Source: Odoribacter sp. OttesenSCG-928-L07
GTDB lineage: Bacteria; Bacteroidota; Bacteroidia; Bacteroidales; BM520
Length of the DNA stretch: 64,000 nt
Direction: 5' to 3'
Assembly (NCBI GenBank): GCA_030265965.1
Contig: JAJDHA010000002.1
Coordinates: 25,580-89,579 of the forward strand
In this document: piece after piece, positions 31,402 to 40,682 of the stretch
How positions within the stretch are numbered: position 1 is the first letter of the stretch
Layout: each line of letters opens with the position of its first letter
Notes under the pieces: model-generated
What the model was told of the DNA's origin: nothing
Database searches by the model: none
Seen by the model: only the letters and a program-made list of their open reading frames with translations
Position numbers and translations under genes: made by a program

Positions 31402-32742
31402 TCATCTATTAAACATTCCTGAATACATTATGCCTAAAGAAATTGTATTTTCATTATTGTATGCTTCTGTGAATAATCGCGAAGAAAATTCTGCTTTGAT
31501 AACTATTTGTGGCATAGGGTAATAATTTATTCCGGCTGATGCGATATAGCGCTCGTAGCGAGCATCCGACAAAATTGCGCCTTCTGTAGCGTACATGGAA
31601 TGATAATATCCGAAGTGACTAAAGAGGTAAAACTTATGCTCTTCGAGTTTTGGGAAGAATGAAAATATATCATAACCGGCTTCAACAAAGTAACACATTG
31701 CATCTGATGCAACATTGGTACGTGGTGAAGGAGAATTGGATGACATATTTTTGTTGATCATGGAAATAACTTGTGAATCCCAAAGATGTCCATAGGTAAA
31801 ACTTCCGCGCGCAATAACATTATAATCGCTATACATCGCATCTATGCTGCCCATGAGCAAATCGCCGGTAATATTGTTCGATGCATACCTGTCAGATTTC
31901 AAACTATTCAACGCACTTTGTCCGTAATATCCGCTTAATCCGATTTGTAAACCCTTTAAAGATCTGTTTTCCACCCGAAAAGCGCCGGCATAAGAATTAG
32001 CAATTTCAAACTCGTAAGGAGACAACGCTCCGTCTTTTATCCATCCATTATTACTAAAACGTTCCGCATCTAATCCTGATACAAAAACAACATTATAATA
32101 CCATTTTCCTGCATTTCCCCACAAGCTAATTCCTGTTTGATGCCAAGTTAATGGCATAATACTGCTCACCTCTTCGGGACGAAGAACTGTAAAATATTCT
32201 ATTGGCATGTGATACTGATTGACAAATCCAAACGGCACAATAATATGACCAACACGAAGATTGAGAGCCTTATTAAAACTTTTTTGAATCCAGAATTGTT
32301 CGAGAACTATTTCTCCGCCTTTTTCTGTTTCTTGTTCGTATTCGCCAAACTCTTCATCTTCAATCTCTATTGAGCCACCGGTGCCGCCATGTTCAAATTC
32401 TATTTCCGTAGAAACACTCCATCCTTTACCAAAATTGTATGCAATATTAAACACAACGTGCGGCATATCAAACTGTCCGCGACTACGAACCGACTTATAT
32501 TGTTCCGGGTATTTGTAACGATTAAAATCGTCGCTATAGAAAAAACGGTGAGTCGTTATTTCTCCGTAACCTCCTATTTGTAATTTGCTGGTTTTTGCAT
32601 TTTCATTTTTTACTTCTTCCGTAAAAACTGTATGATCCCATTTGTTTGTAGAGTCATTTTTTGCTGTGTCGATATTGATATTTGCTAACATAGTTGAAAC
32701 ATTCATCAACACACAGAGAATCAAAAAATACATTCTTCTCAT
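31402..32742 (-). CDS. Outer-membrane beta-barrel (porin-like) protein, first gene of the imelysin cluster
   Basis: Signal peptide, 446 aa, alternating beta-strand pattern and a C-terminal F (MYSGMFNR-like end). No precise family assigned. Confidence 0.55.
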   Translation of the reverse strand: MRRMYFLILCVLMNVSTMLANINIDTAKNDSTNKWDHTVFTEEVKNENAKTSKLQIGGYGEITTHRFFYSDDFNRYKYPEQYKSVRSRGQFDMPHVVFNIAYNFGKGWSVSTEIEFEHGGTGGSIEIEDEEFGEYEQETEKGGEIVLEQFWIQKSFNKALNLRVGHIIVPFGFVNQYHMPIEYFTVLRPEEVSSIMPLTWHQTGISLWGNAGKWYYNVVFVSGLDAERFSNNGWIKDGALSPYEFEIANSYAGAFRVENRSLKGLQIGLSGYYGQSALNSLKSDRYASNNITGDLLMGSIDAMYSDYNVIARGSFTYGHLWDSQVISMINKNMSSNSPSPRTNVASDAMCYFVEAGYDIFSFFPKLEEHKFYLFSHFGYYHSMYATEGAILSDARYERYIASAGINYYPMPQIVIKAEFSSRLFTEAYNNENTISLGIMYSGMFNR

Positions 32743-32784
32743 TTTGCGAATTAATTAATTTAACAAAAATTACATTTAATTGCG

Positions 32785-32792
32785 CAAAAGTA
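32785..32792 (-). promoter_or_regulatory. -7 promoter box (TACTTTTG on the minus strand) for the porin/imelysin/di-haem cluster
   Basis: The reverse complement of caaaagta lies 43 nt upstream of the ATG at 32742. Confidence 0.45.
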
Positions 32793-33028
32793 GAAATTGT
32801 GATTATTTTAACACATCCCTAAAAATGGGGAATTTATGAGTGTAAATATAATAAAGAATGGGGATATAGAAATTTGCATACAACACAAATTCCAACGAGT
32901 TTTTGTGGTTTGGCTACACTTTTTCTAAGGAGTTTGTGGTTTATAATAATTTAATCCCATCTATTAGTGTATTCTCCCTGATAAGTTGTTAGATTGATTT
33001 TCAAATTGTGTTGTGAAATTTTCAACAA

Positions 33029-34468
33029 TTACTCTACAACAATCTTATCTGTTTGCAAAACATTTCTTCCGTCTGATATTCTATACAAATACATTCCTTT
33101 TCTTAACCCAGACAAATCAATCACATTGTAATTTGAATCAAGTTGTTCTGATTTAATTTTTTTACCCTGAATATCAAAAACATCAATTGTTAGTTCTGAG
33201 TTAATGTTTTGACTTGCGACAACATAAATAATTCCATCTTTCGATGGATTTGGAAACACATTTACTTTATTTTCATTTTCTATTTCAGAAATACCGGTTA
33301 AATTATATGGTGTTCCCCATGTTTCATCACCTTTTTTATAATAAACTAATGAACGCTCATAAGTCATCATCCAGTCGTTACAATAATAGTATGGACCTCC
33401 TAATCCTTTCATGTATCTATTATAGATTAAACATCCATCAACTAAGAGTAATTCCCAACAATCATCATCTCTTTTCAAAAACGAATTACTTGATTCTCTT
33501 TTTGATAAAACATTTTGATAAATACCTAAATGATAACTTGATCTCTCTTCTTCACCAATAACCTCTTCAGGTAATCTGTCGAAGTCAATATCTCTTGTAA
33601 TCACAGTTTTTATTGTATCATCAATAAAAACAAAAGATGTCATTTCGCCATAACTTTCAGATAAACGTGTTTGTGTTCTTTTACAAGAATATACTATTGA
33701 ATCCTGATAATCTGTGCGTTCAATATATTTATACATTGATTTTTCATAATATCCATATACATCATAATAATCATGTATATAAACATGCAATTCATCTCCT
33801 ACTTCATGGTCAAAGACCTCAAACTTTGTTAGATTCTGAATACCAACTTCAGGGTTGGAGAGTCCGACTAAATTATGCTCTTGAATATATCCATTTGAAG
33901 ACTCAAATTCAGGGAAATTATAAAAATCAAGTATCTTAGTAAACCCATAATTTTCGCTGATTCCGATTCTCTTATTGTTTATTTCATTATTAACAGGAGC
34001 CATATCTTTATCATAAGCCTTAAATTCAATGGTTTTGACATAATCGTCTAATCCTAAAAAAGTTTGAATTTCGTGTTCAATAATCTCTGCTTCAACTATT
34101 AATACATCAGGAATTTCAAATGCAATCCATTTTTCATTAAGTTCAGCCTTAGTTTTAATAATAATTTCCTGATCATTTCTATTAAAAAAGATATTGTCGC
34201 CATTATCTTTAATAACTATTTTCTCACCGATCCAAGATGCTTTATCCGGTGAATAACATTCCCAATCAACTTCTTGCATAATTTTAAATGGATAAAGAAC
34301 AGAATCCGTATCAAATTCCGTCAAATCAATTCTAATGCTTCTAATAAAACCGGAAGTTTCGAAATAAGTAATTTTGCCTGAGTTAATACTTTGGTAATCT
34401 TGTCCGTACAAATTTACAACAGACAACAAGATAATAATAAGAGTAAATTTTAATGCTTTCATATCCAT
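33029..34468 (-). CDS. Secreted protein with a T9SS C-terminal sorting domain
   Basis: Signal peptide. The C-terminal about 80 aa (VFPNPSKDGIIYV...DVFDIQGKKI...LSGLRKGMYLYRI) matches the Por_Secre_tail type A pattern. Confidence 0.75.
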   Translation of the reverse strand: MDMKALKFTLIIILLSVVNLYGQDYQSINSGKITYFETSGFIRSIRIDLTEFDTDSVLYPFKIMQEVDWECYSPDKASWIGEKIVIKDNGDNIFFNRNDQEIIIKTKAELNEKWIAFEIPDVLIVEAEIIEHEIQTFLGLDDYVKTIEFKAYDKDMAPVNNEINNKRIGISENYGFTKILDFYNFPEFESSNGYIQEHNLVGLSNPEVGIQNLTKFEVFDHEVGDELHVYIHDYYDVYGYYEKSMYKYIERTDYQDSIVYSCKRTQTRLSESYGEMTSFVFIDDTIKTVITRDIDFDRLPEEVIGEEERSSYHLGIYQNVLSKRESSNSFLKRDDDCWELLLVDGCLIYNRYMKGLGGPYYYCNDWMMTYERSLVYYKKGDETWGTPYNLTGISEIENENKVNVFPNPSKDGIIYVVASQNINSELTIDVFDIQGKKIKSEQLDSNYNVIDLSGLRKGMYLYRISDGRNVLQTDKIVVE

Positions 34469-34698
34469 AAGTTTTTAATGGTTAATCAATTTTGTTAAAT
34501 AAATATATATAAACTTTTACATTCAACTGATTACTCGGCAAATGTAATAATAAAAATAATTTAAACAAAATATAATTAAGAATTAATTTTGATGATGTGG
34601 TAATCTTATCATTTAATCAATTCAAATCGCACTAAATTTATTTACATGGGCTGAAAAATTATTGCGACTTTTTTAACATTTTTGAGAATTATTTAAGT

Positions 34699-35298
34699 CT
34701 ATTTCAAAAAAGGTTTCCCAACTTTAAGCAATTCTTTTGAGAAGTATGTGTTTAAATACTTTGCACTAAGAACATAAAAGGTAAGTAGAGCAATTGCCAT
34801 TTCAGAATATGCAGCTATCGAATGCCAAATATGACCACATCCAAAGGCATCTAATCCCAATCCTAAAAATAAAATCGCGATCAAGGACATTAGGAAGAAC
34901 ATTGCTTTCGACATTTTGAGGGAAGAAATCGTTAAGGAGATTGTCAAAATGAAATATCCTATAAAGACAAATCCCAATTGTTTTGGATCAACAGAAGCAG
35001 CCAAAGTTTCGCCAAAGCAACCCAATTTAATTAACCAGCTCATTCCCATGCCTATCCAGAATAATCCATAAGCGCTGAATGCAGTTGCGCCAAAAAGATT
35101 ATTATGTTTAAAATCGAACATTGCAGCAATAAGTTGAGCAAATCCGCCAAGGAATAAAGCCCAAGGCAAGACAAAAGCAAGTCCGTCGGTAAGACCTAAT
35201 TTCTGTGATGATGCTACAAATGTTACAATTGCCAATCCGAAAAGTCCCAATGTTGTTGGGTCTGCAACTTCAATTTTTACTTGTTGTTTAGTTTCCAT
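34699..35298 (-). CDS. GPR1/FUN34/YaaH (SatP-type) acetate/succinate channel
   Basis: N-terminal DPTTLGLFGLAI (NPAPLGL-like signature) and six TM helices in about 200 aa. Confidence 0.85.
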   Translation of the reverse strand: METKQQVKIEVADPTTLGLFGLAIVTFVASSQKLGLTDGLAFVLPWALFLGGFAQLIAAMFDFKHNNLFGATAFSAYGLFWIGMGMSWLIKLGCFGETLAASVDPKQLGFVFIGYFILTISLTISSLKMSKAMFFLMSLIAILFLGLGLDAFGCGHIWHSIAAYSEMAIALLTFYVLSAKYLNTYFSKELLKVGKPFLK

Positions 35299-35329
35299 AT
35301 TATTTGTTTTAAGGTTAAATTAAAAGTTG

Positions 35330-35337
35330 CAAAGGTA
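35330..35337 (-). promoter_or_regulatory. -7 promoter box (TACCTTTG on the minus strand) for the SatP-type gene
   Basis: The reverse complement of caaaggta lies 32 nt upstream of the ATG at 35298. Confidence 0.4.
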
Positions 35338-35347
35338 GGCTTATTTA

Positions 35348-35378
35348 GTTGAAAGTTGAAAGTTGAAAAGTGAAAATT
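35348..35378 (+). repeat. Tandem heptamer array GTTGAAA x3 plus AGTGAAA
   Basis: gttgaaa gttgaaa gttgaaa agtgaaa read directly. Confidence 0.9.
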
Positions 35379-35434
35379 ATTTGAAACGGTGAATAGCTAC
35401 CCTAATAAAAAACTTTCAACATTCAACTATTTTG

Positions 35435-35442
35435 TATCTTTG
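35435..35442 (+). promoter_or_regulatory. -7 promoter box TATCTTTG upstream of rarD
   Basis: TAnnTTTG match. It overlaps the track's TTG start (35432), which supports the ATG at 35465. Confidence 0.5.
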
Positions 35443-35464
35443 CCGACTCAAATCGTTAAAAAAT

Positions 35465-36370
35465 ATGTCATCCATTAATAAAAAATTGACTTATAATCAG
35501 GGAATTACTTATGCTGTTGTTAGCTATTTGGCATGGGGACTGTTCCCAATCTTCTGGAAATCTATTACTGGAGTGCCTGCGGTTAATGTGCTGGCGCATC
35601 GTATTGTTTGGTCGTTTGCATTCCTTTTGATATGGGTGATGATTACTAACCGACAAACATTTATCAGTTATCTGAAGCAACCTAAACTTTTGCTGCGACT
35701 TGGATTGGCGGGACTTCTTATCAGCGCAAACTGGGGAATTTATATTTACGCAGTTGCAAGTAATCATATTGTAGAATCAGGTTTGGGTTATTATATTAAT
35801 CCGCTGATAAACGTGCTATTGGGTTATGTTTTTCTAAAAGAACGTTTGGCGCCTATGCAGAAAATTGCAGTATTGCTGGCGCTTATCGGTGTTTTATATT
35901 TTACAATTAGTTACGGAAAGTTCCCATGGATATCAATTGTATTAGCTACATCATTCGGACTGTACGGCTTGCTGAAAAAGAAAGCTAATCTCGAATCAAT
36001 GCCGGCGCTTACCATTGAAACAATGATGGTGTTTCCATTTGCTTTAGGATTCCTAATATACTCTGCAAATAGTAGTATGGCAACGCCATTCTTTCCTTCA
36101 TCTAATATTACCACTATACTGTTAATATTGAGCGGCGTTGTAACAGCTCTTCCGCTTTTCTGGTTCGGGAAATCTGCTCAAGCGATTCCATTATCAACAA
36201 TAGGCTTTATTCAGTATATAAGTCCGACTCTTCAGATACTGATTGCAATATTTGTCTATGGTGAAACCTTCGGCATAGAATATATTGTTTGTTTTGCCTT
36301 TGTTTGGGCAGGATTGATCTGTTATACAATCAGTATTCTTAGAGGAAAAAAGGTGACGATAGCAAAATGA
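35465..36370 (+). CDS. rarD: RarD protein (EamA/DMT superfamily)
   Basis: N-terminus GITYAVVSYLAWGLFPIFWK is typical of RarD, with ten TM segments. Confidence 0.85.
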   Translation: MSSINKKLTYNQGITYAVVSYLAWGLFPIFWKSITGVPAVNVLAHRIVWSFAFLLIWVMITNRQTFISYLKQPKLLLRLGLAGLLISANWGIYIYAVASNHIVESGLGYYINPLINVLLGYVFLKERLAPMQKIAVLLALIGVLYFTISYGKFPWISIVLATSFGLYGLLKKKANLESMPALTIETMMVFPFALGFLIYSANSSMATPFFPSSNITTILLILSGVVTALPLFWFGKSAQAIPLSTIGFIQYISPTLQILIAIFVYGETFGIEYIVCFAFVWAGLICYTISILRGKKVTIAK

Positions 36371-36384
36371 TAGTTTTGATTGCT

Positions 36385-36392
36385 TATCTTTG
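36385..36392 (+). promoter_or_regulatory. -7 promoter box TATCTTTG upstream of the nitroreductase gene
   Basis: TAnnTTTG match 34 nt upstream of the ATG at 36426. Confidence 0.5.
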
Positions 36393-36425
36393 CATTCAAT
36401 CTATTAACAAATAAAATATTTTCTT

Positions 36426-37010
36426 ATGATAAAAGATTTGGTTTTAAAGAATCGCAGCTACAGACGTTTTTATGGAGATTATAAAATTGAACTTCAAGTT
36501 TTGGAAGATTTAATAGAATTAGCCCGCTTGTCGCCATCGGGTAGAAATTTGCAACCGCTAAAGTATGTCATTGTAAACGATGAAGATACTAATGCAAAAG
36601 TTTTTTCTACATTAGCATGGGCTGGATATTTGAAAGATTGGGATGGTCCAGAGTTGTCGGAAAGACCAACTGCTTACATTGTAATGATGGTTGATAAAAA
36701 TCTTACTGCCGGAACTCCCGCTATTGATGAAGGCATTGCTTGTCAGAGCATTTTGCTCGGCGCTGTTGAAAATGGTTTGGGTGGATGTATCATTCAATCG
36801 GTAAAACGAGTTGAATTAGCTGGAATCATAAAACTACCAGAATCTTTTGAAATTGCATTGGTTATTGCTTTAGGAAAACCGAAAGAAGATGTACGAATTA
36901 TTGAAATACAGGAAGATGATGTAAAATATTACCGTGATGAAAACGGTGTGCATTATGTGCCTAAAAGAAGTATTGATGAAATTATGTTTGAAAATGTAAA
37001 TATTAAATAG
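36426..37010 (+). CDS. Nitroreductase family protein
   Basis: NRSYRRF, PSGRNLQP and GIACQSILLGA patterns of the NfsB/FRase I-like fold. Confidence 0.85.
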   Translation: MIKDLVLKNRSYRRFYGDYKIELQVLEDLIELARLSPSGRNLQPLKYVIVNDEDTNAKVFSTLAWAGYLKDWDGPELSERPTAYIVMMVDKNLTAGTPAIDEGIACQSILLGAVENGLGGCIIQSVKRVELAGIIKLPESFEIALVIALGKPKEDVRIIEIQEDDVKYYRDENGVHYVPKRSIDEIMFENVNIK

Positions 37011-37024
37011 AATTTAACCCTACA

Positions 37025-37046
37025 CTCGTCACACGTCACTAATCAC
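37025..37046 (-). repeat. Short GTGACNN array (3 units)
   Basis: Plus strand ctcgtcac acgtcac taatcac. Confidence 0.7.
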
Positions 37047-37087
37047 AATAAATTCCAATTTTCTCCGTTGATATTTGAAAAAAACAG

Positions 37088-37095
37088 TAATTTTG
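37088..37095 (+). promoter_or_regulatory. -7 promoter box TAATTTTG upstream of the exbB/exbD/tonB/folC block
   Basis: TAnnTTTG match 45 nt upstream of the ATG at 37140. Confidence 0.45.
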
Positions 37096-37139
37096 CACTC
37101 GATTCAAAAATAATTCAATTTACAATAAAATAGAAAAAT

Positions 37140-37850
37140 ATGTTTAAACTTGTGTTTCTTCAAACTTTATTACAAGTTCCTGTGTCTGCGATGGATTCGC
37201 TCGACATGCAAATGCCAACGGAAATAAGAACTTCATTCTGGCAAATGTTTAATTACGGCGGCGTAATTATGTATCTATTGTTATTATTATCAATTATTGG
37301 AATTTATATTTTCGTGGAACGACTTATTATGGTCAATAAAGCTGGGAAAGATGATAATAATTTTATGGGTAATATCAGCGATTGTATTCGCGCAGGTAGA
37401 ATTGAAGAGGCAAAAACCATGTGTAAGATGACTAATACTCCACTTTCAAGAATGATTGAAAAGGGAATTAATAGTCTCGGAAAACCTTTGCAAGACATTA
37501 AAACTGCAATCGAAAATACAGGCAGATTTGAAGTTGCTAATTTAGAAAAAAATGTTCCTTTCCTTGCAACTATTTCTGGCGTGGCTCCTATGATTGGTTT
37601 CTTAGGTACAGTGCTCGGAATGGTTAAAGCTTTCTATAACATGTCAATGGCAGGAAATAATCTTGATATATCAATGCTTTCGGAAGGTATCTATCAAGCA
37701 ATGATTACCACAATCGGAGGTCTTATAGTTGGTATTATCGGATACATTTTGTACAATGTTATCGTAACCAGAATAGAAAAAGTTGTTACCTTGCTCGAAG
37801 CAAAAACAACTGAATTTATGGATGTTCTTGACGAACCTGCTGACAAATAA
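37140..37850 (+). CDS. exbB: MotA/TolQ/ExbB proton-channel family protein
   Basis: Three TM helices and the conserved LATISGVAPMIGFLGTVLGM / ...AMITTIGGL pattern. Confidence 0.85.
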   Translation: MFKLVFLQTLLQVPVSAMDSLDMQMPTEIRTSFWQMFNYGGVIMYLLLLLSIIGIYIFVERLIMVNKAGKDDNNFMGNISDCIRAGRIEEAKTMCKMTNTPLSRMIEKGINSLGKPLQDIKTAIENTGRFEVANLEKNVPFLATISGVAPMIGFLGTVLGMVKAFYNMSMAGNNLDISMLSEGIYQAMITTIGGLIVGIIGYILYNVIVTRIEKVVTLLEAKTTEFMDVLDEPADK

Positions 37851-37857
37851 TTGAGTT

Positions 37858-38274
37858 ATGGCAATCAGAACAAGAAATAAAATTAGACTTGAGTTTAACA
37901 TGTCGTCTATGGCCGACCTTGTGTTCCTGTTGTTGATATTCTTTATGTTAACATCAACACTCGTTAGTCCGAACGCTGTAAAACTCTTGCTACCTACGTC
38001 TAACAGCAAGACAATGGCAAAACCTGCAGCTGTCACTGTTTATATTGATGACAAATACAATTATTACCTTGAAGATAAATTGATTTCTGTTGATCAATTA
38101 GAAACAGGTTTAAAAGAAAAACTATACGGCGAAACTGAAGCATCTGTTGTACTCCGCGCCGATAAAAGCGTTGAACTTCAATACGTTGTTTCTGTTATTG
38201 ATGCTGTAAATAATGTTAATGATTATTATGGTGCAAAGAACAAAGTTATTTTGGCAACGCGACCACCTAAATAA
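37858..38274 (+). CDS. exbD: ExbD/TolR biopolymer transport protein
   Basis: MADLVFLLLIFFMLT TM anchor with the conserved acidic residue, in a 138-aa protein. Confidence 0.85.
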   Translation: MAIRTRNKIRLEFNMSSMADLVFLLLIFFMLTSTLVSPNAVKLLLPTSNSKTMAKPAAVTVYIDDKYNYYLEDKLISVDQLETGLKEKLYGETEASVVLRADKSVELQYVVSVIDAVNNVNDYYGAKNKVILATRPPK

Positions 38275-38285
38275 TAATTTAGAAT

Positions 38286-39110
38286 ATGAAGCTTAAAGAT
38301 AGAGCATCTCTAACGGGTATAATAGCCACCTTACTCATACACGCAGCTGTAATAATTGCTTGTATCTTACTTGCGTTTGTTACTCCATTGCCTTTACCCG
38401 GCGAAGAAGGTGTTGAAGTTATGCTCGGTTCATCAAGTTCCGGTAGCGGTAATGATATACTTTTTGAGAAACCTAATGTAAAACCTGTCGCTCCAAGTCA
38501 ACCAAGTTCTTCACAACAAGAATCTGTTAAAACATCAAATTCTGACGACGAGATTTTTATGCCGGAAGAAAGCGATAACAAAACCGAACAAGATCATGCA
38601 GAATTGATCGATGAACAAGATAACTCGCAACAAAACGAACATGACCAAATTGTTCAAAACGAACCGGAAGTAGAACCGGAACCTGTTGTTAATCCGAATG
38701 CTTTGTATAAAGGCTCATCTTCAAATAATGATAATAATCAAAGTGGTTCTGTTGGAAATGATGGAACACCTGGCTCTGTCTATGGTTCTCCGAATTCCAC
38801 AAATGAATCAGGTTTAGGCGGTGCCGGCGGCGGAATATCGTTCAGCCTTGATGGAAGAAGTTCCGTTCATCTACCAAAACCAATCTATGATTCCCAAGAA
38901 CAAGGCAGAATAGTTGTTGAGATTCAAGTAAACAAAAAAGGCGATGTTATTAAAGCTGTCGCGGGTAAATCTGGAACAACAATTATGGATCAAAGTCTGT
39001 GGGCAAAAACCGAATCTGCAGCGCTGAAAACAAAATTCTCACCAAATCCAAAAGCATCAGAAATACAAATAGGCACAATCACTTATAACTTCCGTAGAGT
39101 TAATGAATAA
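38286..39110 (+). CDS. TonB-family energy transducer (C-terminal domain protein)
   Basis: N-terminal TM anchor, a long Pro/Glu/Gln/Ser-rich linker and a C-terminal about 80-aa TonB_C-like module (GRIVVEIQVNKKGDVIKA). Confidence 0.7.
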   Translation: MKLKDRASLTGIIATLLIHAAVIIACILLAFVTPLPLPGEEGVEVMLGSSSSGSGNDILFEKPNVKPVAPSQPSSSQQESVKTSNSDDEIFMPEESDNKTEQDHAELIDEQDNSQQNEHDQIVQNEPEVEPEPVVNPNALYKGSSSNNDNNQSGSVGNDGTPGSVYGSPNSTNESGLGGAGGGISFSLDGRSSVHLPKPIYDSQEQGRIVVEIQVNKKGDVIKAVAGKSGTTIMDQSLWAKTESAALKTKFSPNPKASEIQIGTITYNFRRVNE

Positions 39111-40404
39111 TGATAGACTCAATCGCGAATACCAAGAATGTATTGAATTTCTATTTTCGCGTTTGCCGATGTATCAAAGAATAGGCAAAGCAGCATACAA
39201 AGCAGATCTCAATAATATTATTTCACTTTGCAATTATCTTGGAAATCCACAAGATAATCTCAAATTTATCCATGTCGCCGGAACTAACGGCAAAACATCT
39301 GTTTCGCATTATTTAGCTTCGATTTTTGAAAAAGCAGGCTACAAAACAGGACTTTACACTTCGCCACATCTCATTGATTTTCGCGAAAGAATATTAGTCA
39401 ACAGCAAAATGATAGACAAAAAATATGTCTGCGATTTTGTTGAAAAACACAAAGATTTTATCTTAGATTGTCAGCCTTCATTTTTTGAAATTACAGTAGC
39501 AATGGCTTTTCAATATTTCAAAGATGAGAATATCAATTGTGCAATTATTGAAGTTGGACTCGGCGGCAGGCTCGATTCTACGAATATAATTAATCCCGAA
39601 TTATCAGTAATTACTAACATTGGTTTTGATCATACTGAATTTCTTGGTAATGATTTAAAATCAATCGCCGGAGAAAAAGCCGGAATTATTAAAGAAAATA
39701 CTCCAATAATTATCAGCGAAACGCAAGATGATATTAAAGATGTGTTTATTGATAAAGCTAAGAATCTAAACGCCACTATTTTCTTTGCCGATAAAATCAT
39801 TGAAGTCTCTAATATTGAACATTCTATTGACAACTTACAACTTCAATGTTTTTCTTCTTTTAGCAATAACCATTATAACCTTAGTAGCAATCTTGCCGGA
39901 CTTTATGAAGTAAAAAATATTCGCGCTGTTGTTTTAGCAATTGAAATTTTAAGAGGTAGATTTAATATTTCCGATGAAGCATTAATTGCCGGACTTCACT
40001 CAACTGTTTTGCGCGGCAGATGGGAAAAATTGGGTAACGATCCTTTAGTTATTTGCGATACAGGACATAATGTAGATGGCATAAAAGAAGTTGTTAATTG
40101 CTTAACATCATTGGAGTATAATAAATTACATATTGTTATTGGTGCTGTTGGCGACAAAGATCTTGATAATATTATTCAACTTCTTCCAAAAGATGCGACA
40201 TATTATTTTTGCAAACCATCTATTCCTCGCGGAATGGATGTTGAAGTCTTAAAGTCGAAATTTGAAACCGTTAAAATAACCGGCGAAAGCTTTCCTTCTT
40301 GTTATGACGCATACTTAGCGGCAAAAGAAAATGCCGACAAAAATGATGTCATTTTCATCGGCGGTAGTACTTTTGTTGTTGCGGATGTGTTGGAGAAAAT
40401 ATAA
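39103..40404 (+). CDS. folC: Bifunctional folylpolyglutamate synthase / dihydrofolate synthase
   Basis: HVAGTNGKTS P-loop and Mur-ligase-like middle and C-terminal domains. Confidence 0.9.
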   Translation: MNNDRLNREYQECIEFLFSRLPMYQRIGKAAYKADLNNIISLCNYLGNPQDNLKFIHVAGTNGKTSVSHYLASIFEKAGYKTGLYTSPHLIDFRERILVNSKMIDKKYVCDFVEKHKDFILDCQPSFFEITVAMAFQYFKDENINCAIIEVGLGGRLDSTNIINPELSVITNIGFDHTEFLGNDLKSIAGEKAGIIKENTPIIISETQDDIKDVFIDKAKNLNATIFFADKIIEVSNIEHSIDNLQLQCFSSFSNNHYNLSSNLAGLYEVKNIRAVVLAIEILRGRFNISDEALIAGLHSTVLRGRWEKLGNDPLVICDTGHNVDGIKEVVNCLTSLEYNKLHIVIGAVGDKDLDNIIQLLPKDATYYFCKPSIPRGMDVEVLKSKFETVKITGESFPSCYDAYLAAKENADKNDVIFIGGSTFVVADVLEKI

Positions 40405-40407
40405 TTC

Positions 40408-40441
40408 GAAGTAGAGACGCACGGCCGTGCGTCTCTACTTC
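40408..40441. repeat. Perfect 34-bp palindrome GAAGTAGAGACGCACGG|CCGTGCGTCTCTACTTC (possible bidirectional terminator)
   Basis: The two 17-nt arms are exact reverse complements. It lies 3 nt after the folC stop and is followed by a heptamer array. Confidence 0.85.
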
Positions 40442-40505
40442 TAGTCACACGTCACTTGTTACTTGTCACACGTCACTTGTCACACGTCACACGTCACACA
40501 TCAGT
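40441..40505 (-). repeat. GTGACNN heptamer tandem array (about 9 units)
   Basis: Plus strand tagtcac acgtcac ttgttac ttgtcac acgtcac ttgtcac acgtcac acgtcac acatcag tcac. The TGA stop of the small Arc-like ORF lies at its edge. Confidence 0.9.
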
Positions 40506-40668
40506 CACCCTTCGCTCTCTTGCTCTTTTTCAACGCCTGATCAAGTATCCACAATATTTGTCCGTTAGTGCTGCGAAACTCATCCTGCGCCCACTTCTCG
40601 ATAGCTGCAAGTTTATCTGCATCTATTCGCAATACAAAAGCCTTAGTCTCGTTTTTCTTTTCAGGCAT
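40501..40668 (-). CDS. Small Arc/MetJ-like ribbon-helix-helix protein (55 aa), not in the ORF track
   Basis: Manual translation gives MPEKKNETKAFVLRIDADKLAAIEKWAQDEFRSTNGQILWILDQALKKSKRAKGD. The beta-strand then two-helix pattern is like the Arc family. It starts 14 nt after the SPFH stop on the same strand. Confidence 0.55.
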   Translation of the reverse strand: MPEKKNETKAFVLRIDADKLAAIEKWAQDEFRSTNGQILWILDQALKKSKRAKGD

Positions 40669-40682
40669 TTCATTCTATTTTA

